Positions 48,381 through 57,386 are shown, counted from the stretch's first letter. The stretch is 64,000 nucleotides of DNA from Candidatus Vogelbacteria bacterium RIFOXYD1_FULL_46_19 (GCA_001824825.1 MHTK01000006.1:57051-121050); one strand, 5' to 3'. Notes: generated by a model not told the origin, from the letters alone. A program made the numbers and translations.

Positions 48381-49616
48381 TCAAAGAGCAAACGGTCGGC
48401 AGACCTTCTTCTTTAGCTCTTGGAAGCGCAGACGGAAGGTACGTCGACTGACCGGGAGCTCTGAAACAATGACGGGTAGTTGCCGGTCCCCAGGACAAAC
48501 GAGTTCCTGGAGGGAGACCGTAAAATACTCGTCCTCTCGACGTTTCCGCGCCGCTTCCCGCTCTTCCTTCAATTTTTCCGCTCTCTGGAGCTGTCTGTGG
48601 TGATAGTCGGGATCGTAGAGATATTTTGCCAGCTTGTAGGCCGCGATGATCCCCACGACTACCAGGACCAGCAAGTAAAGCCAGGCTTCTACAACAAGCC
48701 AAGAGACTGCCATACCCAGCCAGGCACCGATAGCCGACACGAAGCCCCAATAAGCCCAAACACTAGCTGCGACTCCCGCGACCGCGAGCCAAAGACAAGG
48801 ATGCAGGAACAGAAACAAGGAGTTTCTTTTATTTCCCTCCTTGTCTCTAAGTACAAGATTGTTCCTTGGATGCCAATACATCGTGGTGGGCGGGTCCCAT
48901 ACATCTTCAAACCGGTATGTCCAGATTCGAAAGACCGGCGCAAACTTCCAGTAGCGCCGTGCCGTCAGAATGGTGAACAGAAGAGCGGTCAAACGTATTG
49001 GACATTTGACGGCAAAGATGAGCGGAACCAGGACGAACTGCAAGGTGTAGGCGAAGATCCGCCGACGTCGATAGGCACACTGGTCAACCGGCTTACGGGA
49101 GAAGAGCAGATTGACCCACTTCTTTTCCCACTCGGGCGGTTCAGGCGCGAAGAATTCGGCCCCGACTTCGACGTTGACACTTGCGACATCTAACAGATAT
49201 TTAAGACGACAATCTATCTGAGGGATGTTCAAGAGGGACAACTCGTCGTTCCCGTCGTAAAGATTGTACGTTGGTACACCATTTGCTTCCTTAGAAGCGA
49301 AGGCCTGCCGTAGACGTTGTTTACCCGATTTTGAGCGGTCCTCTCGAGGATGACCCCAATCATCCTCACACCAAACGACGAATGCGTTCAACGTGTGGGT
49401 GCCGGCTCGACGCAGGCGGATATACTCCATGGCCCGATCAATCGGGAACATGTGTCTGTCCACCTCTCTGTCTCCATAGACCACCGAGATGACGACGTGG
49501 ATGTTTTGCGCGTTTCTCTTCCTCAACTCCTCCCAGTCTCCTGGGCACAGGCACCACCGGACCGGAAAAACCGGATCAACCAATGACTTCGTATTGTCGA
49601 CGAACAAGCGTAACAT
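48381..49616 (-). CDS. Orphan multi-TM protein
   Basis: AAGGAGG SD before ATG 49616; GC-richer than neighbours; terminator at 48334-48362. Confidence 0.7.
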   Translation of the reverse strand: MLRLFVDNTKSLVDPVFPVRWCLCPGDWEELRKRNAQNIHVVISVVYGDREVDRHMFPIDRAMEYIRLRRAGTHTLNAFVVWCEDDWGHPREDRSKSGKQRLRQAFASKEANGVPTYNLYDGNDELSLLNIPQIDCRLKYLLDVASVNVEVGAEFFAPEPPEWEKKWVNLLFSRKPVDQCAYRRRRIFAYTLQFVLVPLIFAVKCPIRLTALLFTILTARRYWKFAPVFRIWTYRFEDVWDPPTTMYWHPRNNLVLRDKEGNKRNSLFLFLHPCLWLAVAGVAASVWAYWGFVSAIGAWLGMAVSWLVVEAWLYLLVLVVVGIIAAYKLAKYLYDPDYHHRQLQRAEKLKEEREAARKRREDEYFTVSLQELVCPGDRQLPVIVSELPVSRRTFRLRFQELKKKVCRPFAL

Positions 49617-49806
49617 ACTGCCTCCTTCTGCAATTTTCTGCCATGTCAAACAACACACTACTAGCAGTATATCACAGTCGTAGTAAAAGTCAAGCTGTGC
49701 AATTGATAGAGAAAAAGAGCTCAGTTGGGCAGTTTTTTAAGAACGTTGAGTGTGGATACTTAGTTGCACAACGACGCCTTACGATCGAAGGTGGACAACA
49801 CCGTCC

Positions 49807-50343
49807 TTATACGAATGACGTATGATGGACCTGTGAGAAATCTTGTGAACCAGATTCAGGTGAATCACTAATTTTAATATATTTTTTGCTCGCAAAGTAA
49901 AATACAACGACTGTTAATATTAAACCGGCCAATTCTGCACCGTAAACTGCGAGTTCTAAATTTACTATTTCTCCTTCCATATCTCCTACAGCTGTTAAGA
50001 TTGATTCAACATACACTAAGATACTTAACGCAGTTAGAGTAGTGGCTATATTTATAACTTTTCGTATATCTTTAAGTATAAAATATTTATTTACACGACG
50101 AGATGATAATTTTACTCCAAGCCATATGGCCAAAACCGGAACAATAATATATCCAATCATTGTTAAGCTTGGGGTTAGCCAGGTACAAATTGATTGGCTT
50201 ATTAAACCGCCAAATCCACAATCTAAATATAAATACCCTGTTAAAGCTGTATAAATAAGCTGAAAAATAACAGCAATAATTCCCGCTACAAACCAATGAG
50301 ATGCTGCGATTCGCCAAGCTGAATATTCTTTCTTTGTTTTCAT
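49807..50343 (-). CDS. AT-rich four-TM hypothetical protein
   Basis: 178 aa, four hydrophobic segments. Confidence 0.65.
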   Translation of the reverse strand: MKTKKEYSAWRIAASHWFVAGIIAVIFQLIYTALTGYLYLDCGFGGLISQSICTWLTPSLTMIGYIIVPVLAIWLGVKLSSRRVNKYFILKDIRKVINIATTLTALSILVYVESILTAVGDMEGEIVNLELAVYGAELAGLILTVVVFYFASKKYIKISDSPESGSQDFSQVHHTSFV

Positions 50344-50448
50344 CTACTTTATTTAATGAATAAATAATATCTTTACTAGCCACTTCGTCTAAGGCTAGTA
50401 TATACCTTATATTTAAAAAAATATAGTAGGGCTAAACACCTCAAGGAA

Positions 50449-50487
50449 GTGCTTCGCACTCAAAATTTATGTGGTCGACAATAATTT
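50449..50487. repeat. Imperfect direct repeat, copy A
   Basis: GTGCTTCGCAC..AATTT-ATGTGGTCGACAATAATTT. Confidence 0.6.
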
Positions 50488-50523
50488 GTTTTTCGTCAAA
50501 ACTAGAAATCTAATATAAATAAC

Positions 50524-50871
50524 CTACTTATAGATTATGGACTTATGGTATTTTTCTTGAAAATGCGTTAATTCTTTAATCTCATCGATAGTGTAGTCCT
50601 CCCCTGCCGACACAATTAATTTTATTTCCCCATCACCTTCCCTCTTAATTCCAGCAATCACTACTCCTTCAAACTCAGCAAGGGCTATCTTGGGTCCAAA
50701 AACATAAGCATCGATTTCCTCTTGATCAGCCTCAGATATAGTTCCTGGAATATAGCCATAGTTGATCGGATAAATAGTGGTAAAGCGCGGGTCCGGATGC
50801 TTTGAGCCTAATGGCCTGTCCATTACTACTTTCACTTTTTTACCAAGCCAAATTTTAATTTCAGGTAGCAT
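50524..50871 (-). CDS. Small family-I inorganic pyrophosphatase-like protein
   Basis: DRPLGSKHP, YPINYGYIPGT..D.EEIDAYV. Confidence 0.85.
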   Translation of the reverse strand: MLPEIKIWLGKKVKVVMDRPLGSKHPDPRFTTIYPINYGYIPGTISEADQEEIDAYVFGPKIALAEFEGVVIAGIKREGDGEIKLIVSAGEDYTIDEIKELTHFQEKYHKSIIYK

Positions 50872-50889
50872 ATGATTGAAAGTTTATTG

Positions 50890-50929
50890 GTGCGCTTCGC
50901 GCGCAATTTGTTGTGGTCCACAATAATTT
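50890..50929. repeat. Imperfect direct repeat, copy B
   Basis: GCGCTTCGCGC.AATTT-GTTGTGGTCCACAATAATTT; core is 17/18 identical to copy A. Confidence 0.6.
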
Positions 50930-50959
50930 ACTCGTCGCCACTCGTAAAATTTTGCCGAC

Positions 50960-50973
50960 CCCTACCGGGAATC
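50960..50973 (-). repeat. att-like duplication of the tRNA-Glu 3' end
   Basis: CCCTACCGGGAATC is identical to 51151-51164. Confidence 0.7.
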
Positions 50974-51147
50974 TCCCCCTACGGGGGCGGGTACTTTTCG
51001 GCCAAGACACCTTTACCAGGTGCTTGGCAGCGAAAAGTCTTTCCATTTCCGGACGCAAGACAAGTAGTTGTCTTGCTTAGGGTCACAGCTAGATTTGTAA
51101 AACAAAACCACTCCTTCGGAGTTGTTTTGTTACCAAAATCTACGCTG

Positions 51148-51219
51148 TGACCCTACCGGGAATCGAACCCGGATTGCCGCCTTGAGAAGGCGATGTCCTA
51201 ACCGTTAGACGATAGGGCC
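51148..51219 (-). tRNA. tRNA-Glu(CTC), CCA not encoded
   Basis: GGCCCTATCGTCTAACGGTTAGGACATCGCCTTCTCAAGGCGGCAATCCGGGTTCGATTCCCGGTAGGGTCA folds as a cloverleaf. Confidence 0.97.
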
Positions 51220-51376
51220 AGAAGGAAGCAATATAGTGTATGAAGTATACTGTATTTAGTATATGAGACTTCCTATACAAAATACCATATACGACATACT
51301 CCATACTATCTCAGTCATCAATTATACGGAAAAATGGCCTAAAATCAAGACAAAAAAACAGTTAAATTTCCTTAAC

Positions 51377-51406
51377 TTGACAAATTGAGCTTATATAGTG
51401 TATAAT
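51377..51406 (+). promoter_or_regulatory. Sigma70 promoter
   Basis: TTGACA-18-TATAAT. Confidence 0.7.
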
Positions 51407-51515
51407 AAAAAAGGTTTGAACTTCGACAAGATCTGCTGGGGTCCGCCCCTGTATTGCCTGGTCCGCCCAGGGTCAAGCAGATCACCAAGGCGTCTCCGGA
51501 CGCAAGGAGAGAAAG

Positions 51516-52148
51516 ATGAGCCAGGAACCCACCATCGAGACCATGTTTTTTGTCTTTGTATGCGCAGCCCTTGGGCTACTACTGGTGACTATACTCACTG
51601 TTAGGATTCTTTACAGTATTAAAAGATTCCGCCAGCAACGGAAAAACGGCAAATGGTTGATGATTCTATACAACCACAACCAAGAAAGTTTCCTTGCAGC
51701 CCTGGAAAGCCGAGAGATTGCGGTATATAGTCAATTCAATCTCCCTTTATGCCTTGACGAGTTCGGACTTGAGCCATCGGCCAAAGCTTACGGCTCTTGG
51801 CTAAGGTGTCAAGCCAACGACCAGGAGAAATATCACCTGGAATACGGTCCGGAAAATGAGTTTGGTAGTAAAGATTGGGACTTGGACAAAAGATGGGAGT
51901 GGCTACTGAACCACCTGCGTAGGGTTGTCTATGCTTTCAACGGCAACCAGGGCAAGGTCATCAATTTTTGCAACCAAACCTTTAAACGGCACGAGAAGTA
52001 CTGGAATAAACTCTTTGACCTTACTCCTTGGCATAACGAAAATTGGTTGGACAAGGCATTAGACCTTGTGATGTCTAAATATCGAGAGGAAGAAGAGAAA
52101 CGAAGAGTGGCCAGGTTGGTCAACAGAGCCAACCAAGCTCTCAAGTAA
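51516..52148 (+). CDS. Orphan single-TM protein
   Basis: AAGGAG SD; N-terminal TM; terminator hairpin at 52156-52186. Confidence 0.7.
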   Translation: MSQEPTIETMFFVFVCAALGLLLVTILTVRILYSIKRFRQQRKNGKWLMILYNHNQESFLAALESREIAVYSQFNLPLCLDEFGLEPSAKAYGSWLRCQANDQEKYHLEYGPENEFGSKDWDLDKRWEWLLNHLRRVVYAFNGNQGKVINFCNQTFKRHEKYWNKLFDLTPWHNENWLDKALDLVMSKYREEEEKRRVARLVNRANQALK

Positions 52149-52264
52149 AATAATAAGCCCCGGCTTGCACCAAGCAAGCCGGGGCTAAATTTTCCTCAAG
52201 TTTACAGACGATTGGTTTTATGCTAAAATATAAACAGTAAGATAACCCAAGGAGGGATTCCCTG

Positions 52265-52417
52265 ATGGATATCTCCGGAGCGACAGTCGGGGTGATTGTA
52301 GCTGTCCTAGTGGTAATAGCGCTCTACCTGATCTGGCACATTTGGCAGTGGTGGCGCGACGCACCCAACCCCGAAGCGGAACGAAAGAAGGAAGAGTTTT
52401 GGAAAAGTATTCGCTAG
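52265..52417 (+). CDS. 50-aa single-TM small protein (not in ORF track)
   Basis: AAGGAGGG SD; MDISGATVGVIVAVLVVIALYLIWHIWQWWRDAPNPEAERKKEEFWKSIR; hairpin 52428-52459 + T run. Confidence 0.7.
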   Translation: MDISGATVGVIVAVLVVIALYLIWHIWQWWRDAPNPEAERKKEEFWKSIR

Positions 52418-52486
52418 TATTAAACAACCGACCGTCTTTGCCTCAAGCAAAGACGGTCGTATTTTTTAAAAAGTTTTGTGATAATG

Positions 52487-53803
52487 TTACCGGGCTTTCC
52501 ACTCTGGTTCCTGCCGACACAAAAGTTCCCCCGCCCGTAAGGGTTCAGCCATAACTTCCTCCACCACCCGCTCCAGACGCATCCCCTGAGAACCCTTAAT
52601 TAAAACCAAGTCACCGGATTCAATAAAAGAATCTAAAAATTTCCCAGCCTCCAGTGCTGTGTGGAAACTTTTAATTTGCTCTACCTTCATCCCCCCCTCC
52701 AGAGCCCCCTCCACGATAAACTTGGCTCGCAAGCCCACTGCCACCAAATAGTCTAAAGTCTCCGCGGCCAAGCGACCGGCTTGCCGATGCGCCTCGATGG
52801 TATACTCGCCCAACTCCAACATATCTCCGAGAACGGCCACTTTCCGACCAGCCCCCTCTAACTTGTTTAAAGTCATCAGAGCCGCTTCCAAAGCCGCTGG
52901 CGAAGAATTATAAGTATCATCTAAAAGCATAGCACCTTTAATGCCAAGGATAAGCTTCAAGCGACCAGGCGGCGTCACGAGAGCGGTCTGGATTTCCTCA
53001 GCTACACTTACAATATTCAGCTCGGTGGCTACCCCCACCGCAATCGCCGCCAGGACACAATAAACCTGATGATCTCCCACCACCTCTTTGATCCGAATGG
53101 GAATAATCTGACCATTAGTATTTAACTTAAAAGAAATACCGGCGGGTCGAGTGCGTCCACCGGCTTCTTCATACAAGGTTTGAATATTTGAAGCGTAAAT
53201 ATCAGCCTCTGGACTAAAGCCATAGCTTAAAGTGCGAACTGTTAGTTTCTGGGCCCGCTCCCGCAAAGTTTCATCATCAAAATTATAGATTACAATCCCG
53301 TCTTTTTTTACTCCGTGAACTAGGGCCATTTTTTCCTTCACTACCCCTTCACGATCGGGGAAAAATTCAATATGCACCGGTACTTCCGGGAGACGTGTTA
53401 AAACCCCTATATCCGGCTTAAGCCATTTCATCATTTTACTGATGTCCCCCGGTCGGTCCGCCCCCACCTCAAGCACCAACCACTCCGGATACTTAGTGGG
53501 AAAAAGTAAATCAGAAGCACCAGCTAAAATCACCTTAGTCCAGCCCCAAGGCGACAACCAAGCCGACTTACGGCCCAAGATAGTAAGAGGTAACCCAGTT
53601 TCGCTGTTATAGCTTTTTTCACTTTTACGGACCCGATAAGCTGACGCTAAAATGGTGTAAATTGCATCTTTGGTCGAGGTTTTGCCGACACTGCCCGTCA
53701 CCGCCACAATTTTGGGCCGGTGCTTCCGTAGAAGCCACCTGGCTTCATAGGCTAAAATATTGGAAATAACCTGCTTACACCAACTCTTTAAATTTTGAGT
53801 CAT
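52487..53803 (-). CDS. murF: UDP-MurNAc-tripeptide--D-Ala-D-Ala ligase
   Basis: VTGSVGKTSTK, DDTYNSSP, LGDMLELG, KGSQ. Confidence 0.93.
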   Translation of the reverse strand: MTQNLKSWCKQVISNILAYEARWLLRKHRPKIVAVTGSVGKTSTKDAIYTILASAYRVRKSEKSYNSETGLPLTILGRKSAWLSPWGWTKVILAGASDLLFPTKYPEWLVLEVGADRPGDISKMMKWLKPDIGVLTRLPEVPVHIEFFPDREGVVKEKMALVHGVKKDGIVIYNFDDETLRERAQKLTVRTLSYGFSPEADIYASNIQTLYEEAGGRTRPAGISFKLNTNGQIIPIRIKEVVGDHQVYCVLAAIAVGVATELNIVSVAEEIQTALVTPPGRLKLILGIKGAMLLDDTYNSSPAALEAALMTLNKLEGAGRKVAVLGDMLELGEYTIEAHRQAGRLAAETLDYLVAVGLRAKFIVEGALEGGMKVEQIKSFHTALEAGKFLDSFIESGDLVLIKGSQGMRLERVVEEVMAEPLRAGELLCRQEPEWKAR

Positions 53804-53823
53804 AATCAGATGAAATTTATTCT

Positions 53824-55533
53824 CTAACGGTCTGGCGGAACTTCATAATAGTTTAGCAAAAATTTGGCCGTCTCCATAAAGGGCCCAGTGAGGGTCTCTG
53901 AAGAGTAACGTATATTACGCGGGTTGACCAGATACATAAAAACTACAAACCGAGGCTGGTAAGCTGGATAGTAGCCGAAAAACGAGTGCAAATAACGATC
54001 TTCATCATACCCACCACCGGCGGCCGCAATTTCGGCGGTACCGGTTTTAGCGGCAATACTGTAGTTTGGCAAACTGGCGGTACCACCCACCAAAGCCTCA
54101 TCCACCGCCTTGATAAGCATTTGAGTGATATCTTCCAAGGCGCCCCGATTTAAGAGTCCCTCCTTCAGTATCACCGGTTCTAAATTTTTAGTGGGCCCCA
54201 AATCATACTTGATAGATTTCACCACCCGCGGCTGAACCAACTTGCCACCATTCGCGAGCACGGCAAAGGCCCGCGTAATCCCAATCGGAGTTAGAGCAAT
54301 ACCCTGCCCAAAAGAGGCGGTGGCGTACTCCACCTCGCGCGGGCTATTTAAGTTTTTAACCAAGCCGGCCACTTCACCCGGTAAATCTATCCCTGTCTTG
54401 TCCCCCAAGCCGTAGGCCAGCATATAATCGCGAAAGCTCTCTTTACCCATTTTCTGCATCACAAAGACCGCGCCGGTATTTAAAGAGTTGTCAATAACCT
54501 CCTGCATATCCACCAAACCACGCGCCTTTTTGTCGTGATTCATAATCCGACGATTGTTTAAAATCACCTCGCCAGTATCAAAGTAAGTGCTCCCTGGTTT
54601 AATGACCCCTTGGTCTAGCCCGGCCGCTAGGGTTAAAGGCTTGACCACCGAACCCATTTCAAAAACCCGCTCCACTAAAGGGTTTGGTAAATTATCTAAG
54701 CTCGCTTGCCGGCCACCCGGGTCAAAGTCGGGAAAGGCCGACATGGCTAAAATGTCGCCCGTATGAGGGTCCATAATAATCGCCCCGCCCGCTTCGGCCC
54801 CCCAGCGCTCGACAGCTTCACCTAATATCTTTTCCAGCCGAGCTTGGACCACCGGCTCGATAGTGAGAACGATATCGCCCTCAGACTCAACCGCTTCGGC
54901 CGTCACCACCCCTTTAACCCCTAAAAATATCTCCGCAAAAAAACTCGCAAAGGAACCAGTCTCACGACTGGTTAAAATATTATTATAATAATGCTCTAAG
55001 CCGTAGATTCCCGTGTACTTTTCATTTTGATTAGCCATAAAACCTAGAACGTGAGCCGCGGTTCGACCGGCTGGGTAAAAGCGCCGTTTTTCCTTGTGCA
55101 CATACAGACCGCGAACGTCTAAAGCTTTAATTTTCTCGGCTACATCAGTCGTCACCCCGCCAGCTATCTCCTCGTACAAACTTTTAGTTTTTTTTGTTTG
55201 AGCCAAAAAATCCGACCGTTTCAAATCCGGTAGAATGGGGGCCAATAAATCATAAACCTGGTCAGCTTCCGTCACCAGCTGAGGATTCATAGTAATTAAA
55301 AACTCCTGCCGCAAGGTAGCCGCCGGTACTAAAGTTTGATTTTTATCCGAAAAATAAATCGAACCGCGATCAAAAAAAGTTCGGGCCGAACGCAAATATT
55401 GTTTATCGGCTTGTTCGCCGTAACTATCACCATGTACCACCTGCAGAAAAAAAAGTCGAGTCGCAAAAATTACCGCCACCAAGGCTAGACCCAGACCGAT
55501 AAGTTTTAGACGAAAAATGGCATTAACTTTCAT
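53824..55533 (-). CDS. ftsI: Class B PBP, division-specific (PBP3)
   Basis: EMGSVVK, SLN, KTGTA; follows mraZ-rsmH-ftsL. Confidence 0.88.
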   Translation of the reverse strand: MKVNAIFRLKLIGLGLALVAVIFATRLFFLQVVHGDSYGEQADKQYLRSARTFFDRGSIYFSDKNQTLVPAATLRQEFLITMNPQLVTEADQVYDLLAPILPDLKRSDFLAQTKKTKSLYEEIAGGVTTDVAEKIKALDVRGLYVHKEKRRFYPAGRTAAHVLGFMANQNEKYTGIYGLEHYYNNILTSRETGSFASFFAEIFLGVKGVVTAEAVESEGDIVLTIEPVVQARLEKILGEAVERWGAEAGGAIIMDPHTGDILAMSAFPDFDPGGRQASLDNLPNPLVERVFEMGSVVKPLTLAAGLDQGVIKPGSTYFDTGEVILNNRRIMNHDKKARGLVDMQEVIDNSLNTGAVFVMQKMGKESFRDYMLAYGLGDKTGIDLPGEVAGLVKNLNSPREVEYATASFGQGIALTPIGITRAFAVLANGGKLVQPRVVKSIKYDLGPTKNLEPVILKEGLLNRGALEDITQMLIKAVDEALVGGTASLPNYSIAAKTGTAEIAAAGGGYDEDRYLHSFFGYYPAYQPRFVVFMYLVNPRNIRYSSETLTGPFMETAKFLLNYYEVPPDR

Positions 55534-55849
55534 TATCTAAGAGCGAGAGAGTGAGAGTATTGGGTACAACTTTGGCAAAGACCCCTTTGGCTGGAGCATC
55601 GACAAAGCCGCGCTCATAAGCTAACTCTAAAGTAATTTTTTCCGATAAAGCCATATACTCGGACACCAAGCCGGTAATTTCGGTTTCGGTTAAAGAAATC
55701 ATTTCCTCCTGCTCCTTTCTGGCCACCACATTGAAAATTGAGCTATTCACTAAATAGACATACAACAGGGCCTGACTGACCAAGATTAAAATAAGCAGTC
55801 CAATTATTTTCTGCTCGATATTTGGAATCAGTAAGGCTTTAGTGGTCAT
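55523..55849 (-). CDS. FtsL-like cell division protein
   Basis: TM plus short coiled coil; located between rsmH and ftsI. Confidence 0.6.
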   Translation of the reverse strand: MTTKALLIPNIEQKIIGLLILILVSQALLYVYLVNSSIFNVVARKEQEEMISLTETEITGLVSEYMALSEKITLELAYERGFVDAPAKGVFAKVVPNTLTLSLLDNES

Positions 55850-55889
55850 TTTGAGTCTAAGTGAATTAATAATTAAAAGTAAATTGAAG

Positions 55890-56783
55890 TTATATTTTTT
55901 GCCAAACTCTAAGCTGGGCGCTCCGACTACGAGGATTAGCTAAAACTTCAGCTCGGGTCGGCTTGATGGCCCGCTTAGTAATAGCTTGTCCAACCCCGGA
56001 GGCCCGAAGCTCGGCCCCAAACACTTTAGCAATCCTAGCCTCTAGACTATGAAAAGAAATGACTCCCAGTCGCCCTCCAGGGACTAGTACCTGCCAAGCG
56101 CCCGCGAGACCTTCTTTAATAGCCTCAAGCTCATCACCCACGGCGATCCGTAAAGCCTGAAAGGTCTTGGTCGCCGGATGGATCTTGCGCCGTCGATACC
56201 ATAGTGGTACCGCCCTTTCAATGGCGCCCACCAGATCAAAAGTAGATGCTAGTGGTCGGGCCCGTCTAGTTTCAATGATCTCCCGGGCAATCCGGCGGGC
56301 AAATTTTTCTTCACCATAGGCATAAATAATGTCCGCGAGGGCTGTTTCATCTAGAGTGTTAAGTAAATCAGCGGCCGTTAGACGATCGCCGGGACTGGCA
56401 CTTAAGGTCATCTTAAGCGACTCATCTCGCTTGAAAGACAAGCCTCGTCCAGGCTCATCCAACTGCGCTGAGTTGAGGCCGAGGTCAAACAGGGCAATAT
56501 CAACCTTAGCTATCCCCTCTGCCTCTAATCTTTTCTTTAACTCGCGAAAGTTAGCGTTAAGAAAGATAAGCTCACACGAGGCTTGAGCTAAACGCTCTTT
56601 AGCTATGGCGAGGGCGGCTGGGTCCTCATCAAAAGCAATCAGCGTCCCCATAGGACCAATCGCCGAGGCCAATTGTAGCGAGTGACCACCAAAGCCAACC
56701 GTCGCGTCGACCACCGTCTCACCGGAAACCGGAGCCAGATTGGTTATAACTTCATTTAAAAGAACTGGGGTATGAGAACTCAT
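55890..56783 (-). CDS. rsmH: 16S rRNA m4C1402 methyltransferase
   Basis: HTPVLL, DATVGFGGHS, TFQALRIAV, NPRSRSAQLR. Confidence 0.97.
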   Translation of the reverse strand: MSSHTPVLLNEVITNLAPVSGETVVDATVGFGGHSLQLASAIGPMGTLIAFDEDPAALAIAKERLAQASCELIFLNANFRELKKRLEAEGIAKVDIALFDLGLNSAQLDEPGRGLSFKRDESLKMTLSASPGDRLTAADLLNTLDETALADIIYAYGEEKFARRIAREIIETRRARPLASTFDLVGAIERAVPLWYRRRKIHPATKTFQALRIAVGDELEAIKEGLAGAWQVLVPGGRLGVISFHSLEARIAKVFGAELRASGVGQAITKRAIKPTRAEVLANPRSRSAQLRVWQKI

Positions 56784-56785
56784 AC

Positions 56786-57220
56786 TTAAAGGGCGCCGAT
56801 TTCGCCTAATTTTTCCGCCAACATATCAGCCTGTTTTTTGACCCGACCGGTATAATCTTTCCAACGGTTTTCGTCCCATATTTCTAGCCGGCTATGCAAA
56901 CCCGCGATTACCACCTTGGTCGAGAGTCCGGCAAACTCTCGTTGGAAGTCTGGTAAGAGAATACGCCCCATGGCATCAACATCAGTCTCCACCGCTCCTC
57001 CGAGCATAAAACGGTTAAAATCGCGGGTGCTCGCCTGGCCGAGGGAAAGGTTAGCCAACCCTTGGGCTGCTTTTTCCCACTCCTTCAAGGGATAAACAAA
57101 AAGACAGTTATCTAAGCCGTAAGTGACCACTACCTTTTTGCCAATCTCCTTTCTAAACTTGGCGGGTAAAGCCAAACGCTTTTTGACGTCAATTGTGTGC
57201 CGGTATTCTCCTATCAACAT
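56786..57220 (-). CDS. mraZ: Transcriptional regulator MraZ
   Basis: MLIGEY.HTID.K.RL.LP, DAMGRILLP, LEIWD. Confidence 0.97.
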   Translation of the reverse strand: MLIGEYRHTIDVKKRLALPAKFRKEIGKKVVVTYGLDNCLFVYPLKEWEKAAQGLANLSLGQASTRDFNRFMLGGAVETDVDAMGRILLPDFQREFAGLSTKVVIAGLHSRLEIWDENRWKDYTGRVKKQADMLAEKLGEIGAL

Positions 57221-57279
57221 AAGCGTTTTTGGTTAATTACCCTTTCTTTGGAAATAGTATTTTTGGCAAAATACTATTT

Positions 57280-57332
57280 CCCACTTCTTCCCACTACACT
57301 GATAGTATAACCCACCAAGGTCCACTTCCCAA
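57280..57332 (-). promoter_or_regulatory. MraZ-binding GTGGG repeats
   Basis: CCCAC at 57280, 57290, 57311 and TCCAC at 57321, ~10-nt phasing upstream of mraZ. Confidence 0.7.
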
Positions 57333-57338
57333 CCCCGG

Positions 57339-57347
57339 TTATCCACA
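57339..57347 (+). promoter_or_regulatory. Perfect DnaA box upstream of mraZ
   Basis: TTATCCACA. Confidence 0.5.
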
Positions 57348-57348
57348 T

Positions 57349-57386
57349 AAAACTCAACCGCCGGCGGTCGCCGGCGGTTGAGTTTT
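57349..57386. terminator. Terminator-like inverted repeat downstream of lysS
   Basis: AAAACTCAACCGCCGG...CCGGCGGTTGAGTTTT. Confidence 0.8.

Noticed and set aside
50861-51150. ORFs 50861..51058(-) and 50872..51150(+) as proteins
   Set aside because: They run through hairpin- and repeat-rich DNA next to the tRNA and show no protein-like motifs.
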